From NCBI GenBank assembly GCA_013360195.1, contig JABWCQ010000001.1, positions 84,168-148,167 on the forward strand: DNA of 64,000 bases, given 5' to 3'. The DNA comes from a bacterium (GTDB taxonomy: Bacteria; Electryoneota; RPQS01). The position numbers and the translations under genes were made by a program. Below the pieces are notes generated by a model. That model did no database searches. It was given only the letters and a program-made list of their open reading frames with translations, and was not told the origin of the DNA. Of the stretch, positions 1 to 9,026 are shown in pieces (the stretch's first letter is position 1; each line of letters opens with the position of its first letter).

Positions 1-753
1 AAGCATCGCGTTGCGTTCGAGTTAAATGTGCGGTCATTGGTGGAATGCGCGGATCTGATCACTTGTCCAAATGAAACAGTAGCGCTCCAATTTGAGAACA
101 CGAAGAGCTCGCCGAAGCTCTTGCCGACCGCACCTTTGCTTGAGCACTTTAATGGTAGGGCACGGACGTCATCTGATGGTGCATTCAGAATTGGCTATGC
201 CGGAAGCTCAACTCATAGCATTGATCTGGCTAACGCTATTCCGGCGCTTGAGCGCCTCTTGAATGAAAAAGAGAATGTGTGGTTTTATTGGTGGGGTGTG
301 CACCCCGGAAAGTTGGCGTACCATCCAAGAGTCCGTTGCGGAGGCAGGTGGATCAATGATTACACAATGCATCTGAAGAGAATTCGTTCTGTGCCTATAG
401 ACCTTTGGATTGCACCAATGAATGACACAATGCACAATAAAGCACGCAGTCCCATCAAAGCGTTTGAATACATTGGCATGGAGTCTCTCTCGCTATACTC
501 GGATGTGCTTCCGTTTCGAAGAGCAGTCGGAACTCGTGCGCCGGACCTTCTCATTGAGAACTCGATCAATACCTGGTACGATGCACTAGCAGACGTGTCA
601 AGTGGTTGTACTCATCGACTTATGAACCAGGTAAAGTGTGCCCGTGACCACCTTATTGAACTTTCACAAGATCTTTGTGCATACGAATCCATGTTAGACC
701 TGGTAAAGGATGATGCTGCAGCGCTTAGCCATTGCTACTTAGGTGTGGAATGA
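1..753 (+). CDS. C-terminal fragment of a putative glycosyltransferase; first gene of the flagellin-modification island, 5' end outside window
   Basis: Frame is open from position 1 to TGA at 751-753. The tail weakly resembles a GT-B / O-GlcNAc-transferase-like C-terminal region (..IDLWIAPMNDTMHNKARSPIKAFEYIGMESLSLYSDVLPF..). Stop overlaps the next ATG (ATGA coupling). Confidence 0.4.
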   Translation, partial: KHRVAFELNVRSLVECADLITCPNETVALQFENTKSSPKLLPTAPLLEHFNGRARTSSDGAFRIGYAGSSTHSIDLANAIPALERLLNEKENVWFYWWGVHPGKLAYHPRVRCGGRWINDYTMHLKRIRSVPIDLWIAPMNDTMHNKARSPIKAFEYIGMESLSLYSDVLPFRRAVGTRAPDLLIENSINTWYDALADVSSGCTHRLMNQVKCARDHLIELSQDLCAYESMLDLVKDDAAALSHCYLGVE

Positions 754-1916
754 GTGAGTTTGTCGTTAAGCTCTCTTATAGCGGGCATGCAAACGCGGTG
801 CATAAACCGTCAGGTGTCAGTGTTCATAGCGCTGTTGATCCTTTGCGTGAGGCACATTGCGTTGCTGAGCTTCTGGCGCGCCAACATGGCTCCGTTTTAC
901 TGGTTGGTAATGGCCTCGGATACCTTGCTAATGAGCTCAAGAAAAGAGAGGCGCTTTCCGCATGCGTTGAAGTGTTTGGCACTCTGGCCACTCTATGCAA
1001 AGTCCACGGTGTCTTTCGCGATCAGTTGTTATGCGAGACGAGAGATTCGATGACAAGAGTATTTAGCACATTCCTACCGGGCTCGCGCTTGATAGTTATG
1101 CCTTATGTTCGGACTCTTGCTCCGTTCTTAGACACGGGATTGCGTGAATGCCTAAATACGGCGCACGTAAGGGCGGTGTCCCGGGAAGTATACGATCCAA
1201 TTGTCTCAAAGAACATCTCTGAAAACGAGCGCTTGATTACGAGTGTGAAGCAATTGGATTTCGCGGAGTTCTGCTCGCCGCGAATCCCGGTGGCAGTTGG
1301 CTCGAGTCCATCTCTGAGTGTTTCGATTGAATGCTTGAGGGAGTTCAGGAGTGAACTTACAATCGTAGCCGCATCCGGCGCGATTCCTGTATTGCGGCAG
1401 TTTGGTCTCAATGCGGATTTTATTGTTGCAATGGAAGCGCGAAGTACTGTTCTGGACGATCTTGAGTTTGCCAACGGAAGCGAATGGACTATTGTATTCC
1501 CATGGACACATCCTCAGGTACTGCGAAACTTGAAACTGCCCCTCTTAATGGTAAGTCAAGATCAAAACATCTTTACTCAAGGAGGCGCAAGCGGCCTGGC
1601 AGCTGCGGACATCGCATCTCGACTTGGTCCAGCGCCCATCTACTTGATCGGCATGGATATGAGCGATAGTTTCGGAGAGTATTCTAAAGGCGTTGCTCGA
1701 ACAAGCGCGAATTTCTCGCTGTCCGCACCAAAATTTGACTTCATGCGAAATTCGGCTCGCGCATGGGCGCAAAATTCCGGTAAACAATTCAAGCACGTTG
1801 TAATGCCGGGAACGGAACGTATTCATGGATTCGATCAAATATACCCGGTCGAACTACGCACCGCATTCGAGCGGGATATCTGTGAACGTGAACTACTCTC
1901 ACATTGCCATGATTAG
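750..1916 (+). CDS. Motility-accessory-factor (Maf/DUF115, MptE-like) family protein; putative flagellin nonulosonic-acid glycosyltransferase
   Basis: Motifs LLVGNGLGYLANEL and GGASGLAAADIASRLGPAPIYLIGMDMS match the MptE-like fold signature of Maf proteins. ATG at 750 overlaps the upstream stop; the ORF track start at 732 is TTG. Confidence 0.6.
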   Translation: MSEFVVKLSYSGHANAVHKPSGVSVHSAVDPLREAHCVAELLARQHGSVLLVGNGLGYLANELKKREALSACVEVFGTLATLCKVHGVFRDQLLCETRDSMTRVFSTFLPGSRLIVMPYVRTLAPFLDTGLRECLNTAHVRAVSREVYDPIVSKNISENERLITSVKQLDFAEFCSPRIPVAVGSSPSLSVSIECLREFRSELTIVAASGAIPVLRQFGLNADFIVAMEARSTVLDDLEFANGSEWTIVFPWTHPQVLRNLKLPLLMVSQDQNIFTQGGASGLAAADIASRLGPAPIYLIGMDMSDSFGEYSKGVARTSANFSLSAPKFDFMRNSARAWAQNSGKQFKHVVMPGTERIHGFDQIYPVELRTAFERDICERELLSHCHD

Positions 1917-3210
1917 CCTAAGCAATCAGCCTTTGAATCCTGCAACCACAAAGCTAAAGGTATTGCTGCCTACTCCCTTGTATGGCGGAAGCCTGCCTAT
2001 CGCATTGCACGTAGCGGACGCATTAACAGATCTTGGCCACGACTGCAGGGTCCTGAACTTCGAAGAACACTATTCTCTCTTCAGACAATTCGGTAGTTTG
2101 CTGGACGGAGACCGCGGCAATAGTCTTAAAGCTCGACTCGCGTCTATCCTTGGTGACTTCGCTGCGGAAGTGGCAATTTCGAACCGTGTGGATCTTGTAT
2201 GGTTCACTGCGCAATCACCTGTAACCGTGGACGGCCTGAGACGGCTGCGTTCGGCAGGTATTAAAACGGCATTTTGGTTTGTTGAGGATATCGCTCGTTT
2301 TGAGTATTGGCGCCACATTGTTCGCGAGTTTGACAATGTATTTACAATTCAAAGTGGCGCTTCGCATGAAGCCATTCTACGCGCCGGTGCAAAGAGCGTC
2401 GAGTATCTGCCGTGCGCGGCGAACCCGAAGGTTCATCGACCAATTGAGTTGCTTGACGAAGAATTGAGTCGGTTTGGCTCAATACTTTCGTTTGTTGGCG
2501 CCGGATACCCGAATAGACAGAGGCTCTTTGACTTTCTGCAGATGCCTGACTTGAAAATTTGGGGTAATGATTGGCCTGAGAGCTGGGTTAATCGCTTACA
2601 GGAGAGCGGACGTCGTGTTAGCACGGAGGAAACTGTGAAGATCTTTTGTGCTTCGTCCGTGAACTTGAATATACATAGTTCGATCGGTCAACAACTTCTT
2701 GAAAACGGTACTTTCGTAAATCCCCGAACGTTTGAAATTGCGTCGTGCGGCGCGTTTCAAATTGTCGATGAGCAGATGCCTTTGAAACTTCACTTTGCTC
2801 CGGATGAAATGACTAGTGTTCGCACCGTTCCCGAGCTGGTTGCGGCAATTGAATTGTGCTTGAAGGACCCGGAAATGCGGAAGATGATGTCCGCAGCAGC
2901 GCGTCGTCGCGTCCTTAAAGAGCACACGTATGCACACAGAATGCGAACTGCTATCTCCAAAATCTTCGGTCCAGGCCAAATCCCAAGGACACCGGCAATG
3001 AACACAATTGGTGACCTCAAAACTGTGGTTTTTGACGATGAGGAGTTCTTGCAGTTCCTGTCTCAGTTCGACGACAATGAGACCGCATCACTTGCCAAGT
3101 TGATGGCAAAAGTGCCGGGACGCAACCACAAGCTTAGTCGCGTTGAGCTGATGATCATGCTCATGAACGAATTCCGGCATTGGGGAGTGGAAAAGGGTGT
3201 CATTCAATGA
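1909..3210 (+). CDS. CgeB-family (DUF3880 / GT1-like) glycosyltransferase
   Basis: C-terminal FEIASCGAFQIVDE..PDEM is typical of CgeB-like GT-B proteins. ATG at 1909 overlaps the upstream gene by 8 nt; the track start at 1825 is upstream and in frame. Confidence 0.6.
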   Translation: MISLSNQPLNPATTKLKVLLPTPLYGGSLPIALHVADALTDLGHDCRVLNFEEHYSLFRQFGSLLDGDRGNSLKARLASILGDFAAEVAISNRVDLVWFTAQSPVTVDGLRRLRSAGIKTAFWFVEDIARFEYWRHIVREFDNVFTIQSGASHEAILRAGAKSVEYLPCAANPKVHRPIELLDEELSRFGSILSFVGAGYPNRQRLFDFLQMPDLKIWGNDWPESWVNRLQESGRRVSTEETVKIFCASSVNLNIHSSIGQQLLENGTFVNPRTFEIASCGAFQIVDEQMPLKLHFAPDEMTSVRTVPELVAAIELCLKDPEMRKMMSAAARRRVLKEHTYAHRMRTAISKIFGPGQIPRTPAMNTIGDLKTVVFDDEEFLQFLSQFDDNETASLAKLMAKVPGRNHKLSRVELMIMLMNEFRHWGVEKGVIQ

Positions 3211-4766
3211 GTAGCCGCGCGCTCGTGATCGGAATTACCCGCTTGGGAGATCTGATTCAGTCTGAGCCGTTGATTCGCGCACTTAGAAGTCACGCGGGGT
3301 TCAATAGTGTTGATCTCCTGATTGAACGGAGCTTTGTTGAAATCGCATCTGAACTGTCATCCGTTGATGATATTGTCTGTATCGACTTTGAGGATACATT
3401 AAGGCCGCTAAGTGTTCGCTCTGATCGACTTCCCTTGGAGGCATTCGCGAGGATTGTCAAGAGAATGGATACCGCGCAATATGACAGGGTGTTTAATTTA
3501 ACGCATTCACGACCGTCCATGGTACTTGCAGCGCTCGCATCTCGCGGGTCTGAGGGGGTGACACTGGATGAAAGCGGCTATCAAGTGGTTCGGAATTCAT
3601 GGTTACGGTACTTTTTTGCGACAAATCTTGCAAGGCCGTGGTGCGCTTTTAATCTAGTTGACATATATGTAAACGCCGTCGCACCACGCATGCCCTTTAT
3701 TGATCGGATCCCTCGGTTGAGGAAGCCGTTGGACAGGGAAATCGATAGTCGGAGTTACACGAATACACCGCATGTCCTTCTTCATTTGACGGCCTCGCAA
3801 TCGGACAAGCAATGGCCGCAGCCTATGTTTGATGCGCTCACATCAATGCTGATTGATCGTGGTGCTGAGGTCACGTTGGTGGGAAACGCAAGCAAGGATA
3901 ATGATCATCGCGGGCTTACCAATCGACGCGTCAATAACTTGATTGGCAAGACGTCCATACGTGATTTGATCGAGCTGTGTGATTCTGCAGACCTTATGGT
4001 TACGGCGGACTCGGGACCAGCACATGTTGCGGCATGCCGGCGATTGCCGGTGGTCGCAATAGAAGGAGGTTCCGCCCATGCATTTGAGACGGCTCCGTAT
4101 GGCATCGCCAATTTAGTTATAGAACCGCATTTGGAGAATGTCGTTCATAGAATTCCGGACAAACGCTCGACTTCGGCCCCGGCGTCGCGAGTATCTGTGC
4201 TAACAGTCCTGTCTGCTGCAGAAAGGTTACTCTGCCAAGGGGAGTCTATTGTCGGTTCTGAAGGGTGTACAGTTTACGAGACTGCAAGTGGCACATACGT
4301 GCCGGGTGTGGAGCTTCGGCCGATCAACGGTTCACATTTCGAGTACGAGAAATGGCAGTCTGACTTGCGAAAGTTCTGGTACAACGCGCTGACTGGGGAT
4401 CCAGACGGCAAAACGCCGCCGTCCGGACGGTTCTCAAAACTCTTCGATCGTGCGGTGGATGCCTGTAAGCAGATAGAAAAGGTCGGCTCAGATTCGCCGT
4501 TGCTGACTGCGGCATCGAGAAATCTGACAAAAGCGGAGCAGGAATTGGATGGGGAGTTGCTGAAGCATCCGCCGCTGCATCACGTTGTTGCTTATCTGAA
4601 GATTGCAAGGTCAAGTCTTAGCGGCACAAATGTGAGTGGGCAGGCGCAAGAGCTAAGGCATTTGTACCAATCGCTATCGATGGCAGGCAAATGTCTTGAG
4701 GAACTCCCCGAAGCCCGCACGATAAACGTAACGCGTCATAACAATCCTATGGAGGCAACAGCATGA
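3207..4766 (+). CDS. GT9-family (ADP-heptose:LPS heptosyltransferase-like) glycosyltransferase with an extra ~180-aa C-terminal extension
   Basis: N-terminal LVIGITRLGDLIQSEPLIRALR and C-terminal TADSGPAHVAACRRLPVVAIEGG match GT9 motifs. ATGA overlap with the upstream stop. Confidence 0.7.
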   Translation: MSSRALVIGITRLGDLIQSEPLIRALRSHAGFNSVDLLIERSFVEIASELSSVDDIVCIDFEDTLRPLSVRSDRLPLEAFARIVKRMDTAQYDRVFNLTHSRPSMVLAALASRGSEGVTLDESGYQVVRNSWLRYFFATNLARPWCAFNLVDIYVNAVAPRMPFIDRIPRLRKPLDREIDSRSYTNTPHVLLHLTASQSDKQWPQPMFDALTSMLIDRGAEVTLVGNASKDNDHRGLTNRRVNNLIGKTSIRDLIELCDSADLMVTADSGPAHVAACRRLPVVAIEGGSAHAFETAPYGIANLVIEPHLENVVHRIPDKRSTSAPASRVSVLTVLSAAERLLCQGESIVGSEGCTVYETASGTYVPGVELRPINGSHFEYEKWQSDLRKFWYNALTGDPDGKTPPSGRFSKLFDRAVDACKQIEKVGSDSPLLTAASRNLTKAEQELDGELLKHPPLHHVVAYLKIARSSLSGTNVSGQAQELRHLYQSLSMAGKCLEELPEARTINVTRHNNPMEATA

Positions 4767-5365
4767 AGATCTATATTAATGGTCTTGAATTGGAAAAGCA
4801 GGCAACGGGCGAAATGGAAGTTGGGCAGGTCTTGAGCGAAATACAATCTGAGATTCATGCCGACAGAAAGGTGCTGCTTCAAGCATCCATGGACGGTGTG
4901 CTGATCGAGCATAGTTTTCGCCGGCGCCGGCAGCTTTCAACCCCAGTGACCCGAGTTGAAAAACTCGAGTTGATTGTGCAAAATCCGGATGATGTTGCTT
5001 CACAAATGTTAAAGGATTCTGTGCTGATTTATCAGCAGTTGCTGCAGGAAGTTCCGATGATTGCCACTCGGTTCAGAATGGGCGATGAATACAATGCGAA
5101 TCAGCAGCTTGCAGAAGCTGTCGATAAGCTTACTCTGTCGCTTAGGGGATCTTCGCTTGCTTTGGGTAAGCGAGCAGAGACCGATGGACTGCACGGCAGA
5201 TTCAATACGGCTGGCTCTGAGTTGATGCCGGTCATTGACAAGATACTTGCAGCCCAGGCATCTGGCGACTATACGTCCCTCGCGGATCAGCTTGAGTACC
5301 GACTACCGGTTGCACTTGAGAAATGCTTCAATGTCCTGGTTGAGAGTGAGTCAAAACTAGCCTGA
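4763..5365 (+). CDS. Hypothetical protein (200 aa) within the flagellin-modification island
   Basis: ATG overlaps the GT9 stop (ATGA). No recognisable motif; N-terminus MKIYINGLELE. Confidence 0.45.
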   Translation: MKIYINGLELEKQATGEMEVGQVLSEIQSEIHADRKVLLQASMDGVLIEHSFRRRRQLSTPVTRVEKLELIVQNPDDVASQMLKDSVLIYQQLLQEVPMIATRFRMGDEYNANQQLAEAVDKLTLSLRGSSLALGKRAETDGLHGRFNTAGSELMPVIDKILAAQASGDYTSLADQLEYRLPVALEKCFNVLVESESKLA

Positions 5366-5395
5366 AATCGCCAATAATGTATCGATTTCCGAAAT

Positions 5396-5423
5396 TAAAG
5401 TTCTGCGGGCAGTATTCCGATAA
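5396..5423 (+). promoter_or_regulatory. sigma28 (FliA)-type promoter upstream of the MerR-like gene / flagellin 1
   Basis: TAAAGTTC-N12-TCCGATAA versus E. coli consensus TAAAGTTT-N11-GCCGATAA. Confidence 0.65.
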
Positions 5424-5462
5424 CCAGAGTGTAAGGAATCTGAATTATCTGGAGTACTTGAT

Positions 5463-5837
5463 ATGAAGCACGAAGAAATCCTGACTGTACCGCGCGCACG
5501 GTCGTCCAAAGCGCCGAAACTCTATTCCATTGGGCAAGTCCATGCCATTACCGGGATCCCGAAGCCAACGATTCGGTATTGGGAAAAAGAGTTCGAAAGC
5601 TACTTGGAGCCGTTGCGCACCACCGGAAATCAGCGCCGATATGACGACAAATCAATCGCGGATCTGGAGAAGATCAATTACCTCGTCAAAGTTCAAGGAT
5701 ACACCCTGGACGGCGCTAAACGAAAGCTCGAGTTACTGCGAAAAGTTGACACCGAGCGCCAGCACAGCAATGATCCCATGGCTGAACTTGCCCGCGCGAT
5801 GTCCGATTATCTACTGAAAAAACTTTCCCGCGATTAG
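5463..5837 (+). CDS. MerR-family HTH transcriptional regulator
   Basis: LYSIGQVHAITGIPKPTIRYWEKEF...GNQRRYDDKSIADLEKINYL is a classic MerR N-terminal HTH plus effector-linker helix. Confidence 0.75.
   Translation: MKHEEILTVPRARSSKAPKLYSIGQVHAITGIPKPTIRYWEKEFESYLEPLRTTGNQRRYDDKSIADLEKINYLVKVQGYTLDGAKRKLELLRKVDTERQHSNDPMAELARAMSDYLLKKLSRD
5783..5809 (+). promoter_or_regulatory. Possible internal sigma28-like promoter for flagellin 1, embedded in the 3' end of the MerR-like gene
   Basis: TGAACTTG-N11-TCCGATTA; 5/8 and 6/8 matches to the sigma28 consensus. It lies ~50 nt upstream of the flagellin ATG. Confidence 0.3.
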
Positions 5838-5866
5838 CGGGTGAAACCTAATATCACGGGAGAACT

Positions 5867-6766
5867 ATGAGTACACGTATCAATCACAATTTGCTGTCCC
5901 TTGGTGCCCAGCGCGCCGTCTGGACAGCCCAGCACGACTTGGACTCGGCAGTCCAACGATTGTCAAGTGGCCTGAGAATCAACTACGCCTGGGATGACCC
6001 GACTGGATTGGGAATCAGCGAACGCCTGCGGTCCTCTATTTCAGGAATGGTTGAGGCTGAGAAAAATGCCAATTACAATATCAACATGATGCAGACGGCC
6101 GAAGGCGCATTGGCTGTCATTGACGAAAAACTGATTCGCATGCGGGCTATTGCCATTCAGGCTGCAAACGGAGTTCTGACCACACTTGACCGGCAAGTAG
6201 CCAATGTCGAGTTCCAGCAGCTGAAGAGCGAAATGGACAGGATCGCGAGAACCGCGAATTACAACGGTTACCGACTGCTGGATGGTTCTCGACAGGCCTC
6301 ATCGATCAGCACGGATCCGACCCTGGCACTCGGTTTGAATGCTGTCACAACTGCTGGTGAAGCAAGCTCAATCAAGTTCCATATTGGCGAGAACAATACG
6401 GTCGGACAGGACTACTACTACATTAATATCGCCGGAATGACCGCCGACGATCTTGGAGTTGCCGGACTTGACGTGTCGAATACTGCCTCCGCACAAAGTG
6501 CAATTGAGACATTGATTGAGGCGATTAACTCTAAAGACACGACCCGTACATTCCTCGGTTCGATGGTTACGCGGTTGCAGAATACCATTCTGAATTTGAA
6601 AATTCAGCGCGAGAACGCAACAGCTTCCGAGTCCCAGATTCGTGACGCGGACTTCGCTGAAGAGATGTCCAATTTCACTCGGGCGCAAATCTTGATGCAG
6701 ACTGGTGTCTCGATGCTTGGACAGGCAAACCAAATCCCAAATATAGTCGCCCAGTTGGTTGGATAG
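5867..6766 (+). CDS. fliC: Flagellin (299 aa)
   Basis: Conserved flagellin N domain (MSTRINHNLLSL...AEGAL..IDEKL.RMR..A.QA.NG) and C domain (RLQNTILNLKIQRENATASESQIRDADFAEEMSNFTRAQILMQTG). RBS GGGAGA. Confidence 0.9.
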   Translation: MSTRINHNLLSLGAQRAVWTAQHDLDSAVQRLSSGLRINYAWDDPTGLGISERLRSSISGMVEAEKNANYNINMMQTAEGALAVIDEKLIRMRAIAIQAANGVLTTLDRQVANVEFQQLKSEMDRIARTANYNGYRLLDGSRQASSISTDPTLALGLNAVTTAGEASSIKFHIGENNTVGQDYYYINIAGMTADDLGVAGLDVSNTASAQSAIETLIEAINSKDTTRTFLGSMVTRLQNTILNLKIQRENATASESQIRDADFAEEMSNFTRAQILMQTGVSMLGQANQIPNIVAQLVG

Positions 6767-6770
6767 AGGA

Positions 6771-7136
6771 ATGATGGAAAATCTGACTGAGGCAAGCGCC
6801 GAAGTTGCAAAGAGCACGGAGGATCTGTCGCGCGAGTTGCGGCAGATCTCCGACGCTCTATGGAATGCGGCGGATTTACGTAACATGACTGAACTCGAGA
6901 GACTGTTGGATCGCCGCCAAATCGTCTTGGAAGGCCTGTCTCAACGTGATGGTCTGAGCGACAAAGTGAAGCGTGAGCTGCTCGCACTCCAAGCCTCTGA
7001 CAAGTATTTGCAGCGGCAACTCGATGCTGAACTCTTGTCAATTGGCAAGAGACTAACGGCGGTACGCTGCCGAAAGCGGGCAATTTCGGGCTACAAAAGA
7101 GGCGGAACGACCAACTATTTGCACAGAACCGGCTAA
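6771..7136 (+). CDS. Hypothetical small helical protein between flagellin and the amidotransferase; possibly a flagellar chaperone-like protein
   Basis: ATGATG start with RBS AGAGGA. Predicted to be all-helical and acidic. No firm motif. Confidence 0.4.
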   Translation: MMENLTEASAEVAKSTEDLSRELRQISDALWNAADLRNMTELERLLDRRQIVLEGLSQRDGLSDKVKRELLALQASDKYLQRQLDAELLSIGKRLTAVRCRKRAISGYKRGGTTNYLHRTG

Positions 7137-7138
7137 AA

Positions 7139-8887
7139 ATGTGTGGCTCCATTGCAATCGTAAGAAGCCCCTTCGAGACAGAGGCTGTTGCAAAGTCCGC
7201 CCTGGACAGGCTCGCCTCGCGTGGTCCGGATGGTAGCGGATTAATCTTTAGCGGCAGCGGTGCAATTGGTCACTGCAGACTTGCCTTGCGCGACCACAAC
7301 GGCGGAGCGCAGCCTGTCACTTTGTCTGACGGAAGAAAACTGGCATTCGTCGGCGAGCTCTATAATGATGGGAAACTTCGACGTTTGCTTGAGTTGCAAG
7401 GTGCCCGGTTCAGTTCAGCGAGCGACACTGAGACACTGGCCGCCGCAATTGAGCGCTGGGGCGGTGAGACCTGGAGCAAGCTTGATGGCATGTTTGCGAT
7501 GATGCTGCTGTCGGCTCACGGCGACAGCGTGCACTTGATTAGTGACAAGTACGGCGTCAAGCCTATATTTTACTCTCAAACCGTTTCGACTTCCGCAGCC
7601 GCAAGTCAACCGTCGTCGCTCCTTTCATGTGGTGCCGTTCAAAAAGCGCATGCTGTCGCCCTGCTTCACTATCTGAGAACATCGCAAGTGTGTTTGAACA
7701 CTCAAACGGTTCTAAGCGATGTCAAACTCATGTCCCCCGGTTCTGTCGTGACTCTCTTTGGTGAGTCTGCAAATCAGGTGCGATGGAGCGCTTCTCCGTT
7801 TCAATCGGAATCGCTTGGCCCATGTGACCAGTCTGCAAGTAAACTCCGCTACCTGCTTTCGGAGGCGGTTTACAGACAGAGCTCTGCCGATTCGCCTGTA
7901 GGTGTGTTTCTCTCAGGAGGACTCGACAGCTCAATTCTTGCGGCACTTCTCCAAATGGTAAGACCTGCGCCGCTCAAAACTTTCGCCGTCGCTCTTGCCG
8001 GTGATACGGATGATTTAGACTATTCTAAGCTTGTCTCTGAGCGCATTAAGTCTGAGCACGTTGAACTCGTCGTCTCACCCGAGGAGTTCTTTAAGTCAAT
8101 GCGGGAATTGATTGCAGAGAGAGCGCTTCCTTTGTCTCTTCCCAACGAAGTCCTCATCTATGAACTGTCAAAGCGCGCACGAGACTCTGTAAAGGCGATT
8201 CTCTCCGGTGAAGGAGCTGACGAACTCTTTGGTGGCTACCATCGGCTCTTGGCACGTGTCCGTTCTGACGGCGATTGGCCGCTTTTTATCCAACGTTACC
8301 GAAATGTCAGTTCCTGGTTTTCGCTTGCAGACCTGGAGGAATCACTGTCTGACCCGGCTCCTTTGCTGGCCGCTGTTCAAACGGATGCAGATTATCTTGG
8401 GGAACTTCTAAGAGATGCTCGACCCGACAGTTTCCTGAGGACCTTGCTCTTCCGGGATCACTTCCGGCATTTGCTCCTTCGTTTGGATGGGTCGGCTATG
8501 GCTGGTTCAATTGAAGGCCGGGTTCCCTTTACGGATCCTGATGTCGTGCATTTTGCAATCGGATTGCCTGAGGCAGCGCTCATGCCGGCGTTCGGGTTGG
8601 AGAAGCCGCTACTAAGAAAAGCCGCCGACGGCTTACTTCCCGCGACCATCTTGAGACGTCCAAAACGGGCCTTCAACGCCTCTCTGAGTATTCTTTTTAC
8701 ATCAAATGTGGGTCAGAGAGAATTAAATTCGGCTCTTCAACAGCCGCTTATCTGTAAACTCTTTCGTAAAGAAAAGCTTGAGCAGATTCTGAATGAGGAT
8801 TTTGAAAGTCAAGTCTTTCACAGAACTTGGCTGATTTGTTCTTTGGGATTGTGGAATGAACTCTGCGGGGTCAGTGAGATTTGCTGA
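7139..8887 (+). CDS. Asparagine-synthetase (AsnB)-family class-II glutamine amidotransferase; PseA/flagellin-modification-like
   Basis: N-terminal MCGS nucleophile (Cys2). PP-loop SGGLDSS. Located between the two flagellin genes, as PseA-type amidotransferases are in flagellin glycan islands. Confidence 0.8.
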   Translation: MCGSIAIVRSPFETEAVAKSALDRLASRGPDGSGLIFSGSGAIGHCRLALRDHNGGAQPVTLSDGRKLAFVGELYNDGKLRRLLELQGARFSSASDTETLAAAIERWGGETWSKLDGMFAMMLLSAHGDSVHLISDKYGVKPIFYSQTVSTSAAASQPSSLLSCGAVQKAHAVALLHYLRTSQVCLNTQTVLSDVKLMSPGSVVTLFGESANQVRWSASPFQSESLGPCDQSASKLRYLLSEAVYRQSSADSPVGVFLSGGLDSSILAALLQMVRPAPLKTFAVALAGDTDDLDYSKLVSERIKSEHVELVVSPEEFFKSMRELIAERALPLSLPNEVLIYELSKRARDSVKAILSGEGADELFGGYHRLLARVRSDGDWPLFIQRYRNVSSWFSLADLEESLSDPAPLLAAVQTDADYLGELLRDARPDSFLRTLLFRDHFRHLLLRLDGSAMAGSIEGRVPFTDPDVVHFAIGLPEAALMPAFGLEKPLLRKAADGLLPATILRRPKRAFNASLSILFTSNVGQRELNSALQQPLICKLFRKEKLEQILNEDFESQVFHRTWLICSLGLWNELCGVSEIC

Positions 8888-8912
8888 CCCTAACCTCTTA
8901 ATCAAGGGGAAT

Positions 8913-8939
8913 TTAAGTTCGGAAAGGGGTCGCCGATAA
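8913..8939 (+). promoter_or_regulatory. sigma28 (FliA)-type promoter of flagellin 2
   Basis: TTAAGTTC-N11-GCCGATAA versus consensus TAAAGTTT-N11-GCCGATAA. RBS GGAGGAGG follows before the ATG at 9027. Confidence 0.75.
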
Positions 8940-9026
8940 TTCAGATGAACCGCGCCATTTGGGTGCGAAAAATTCATTTGAGCTTAAAGGTCACTTTCCA
9001 GAAAAGCTCCCTCGGAGGAGGAACGC

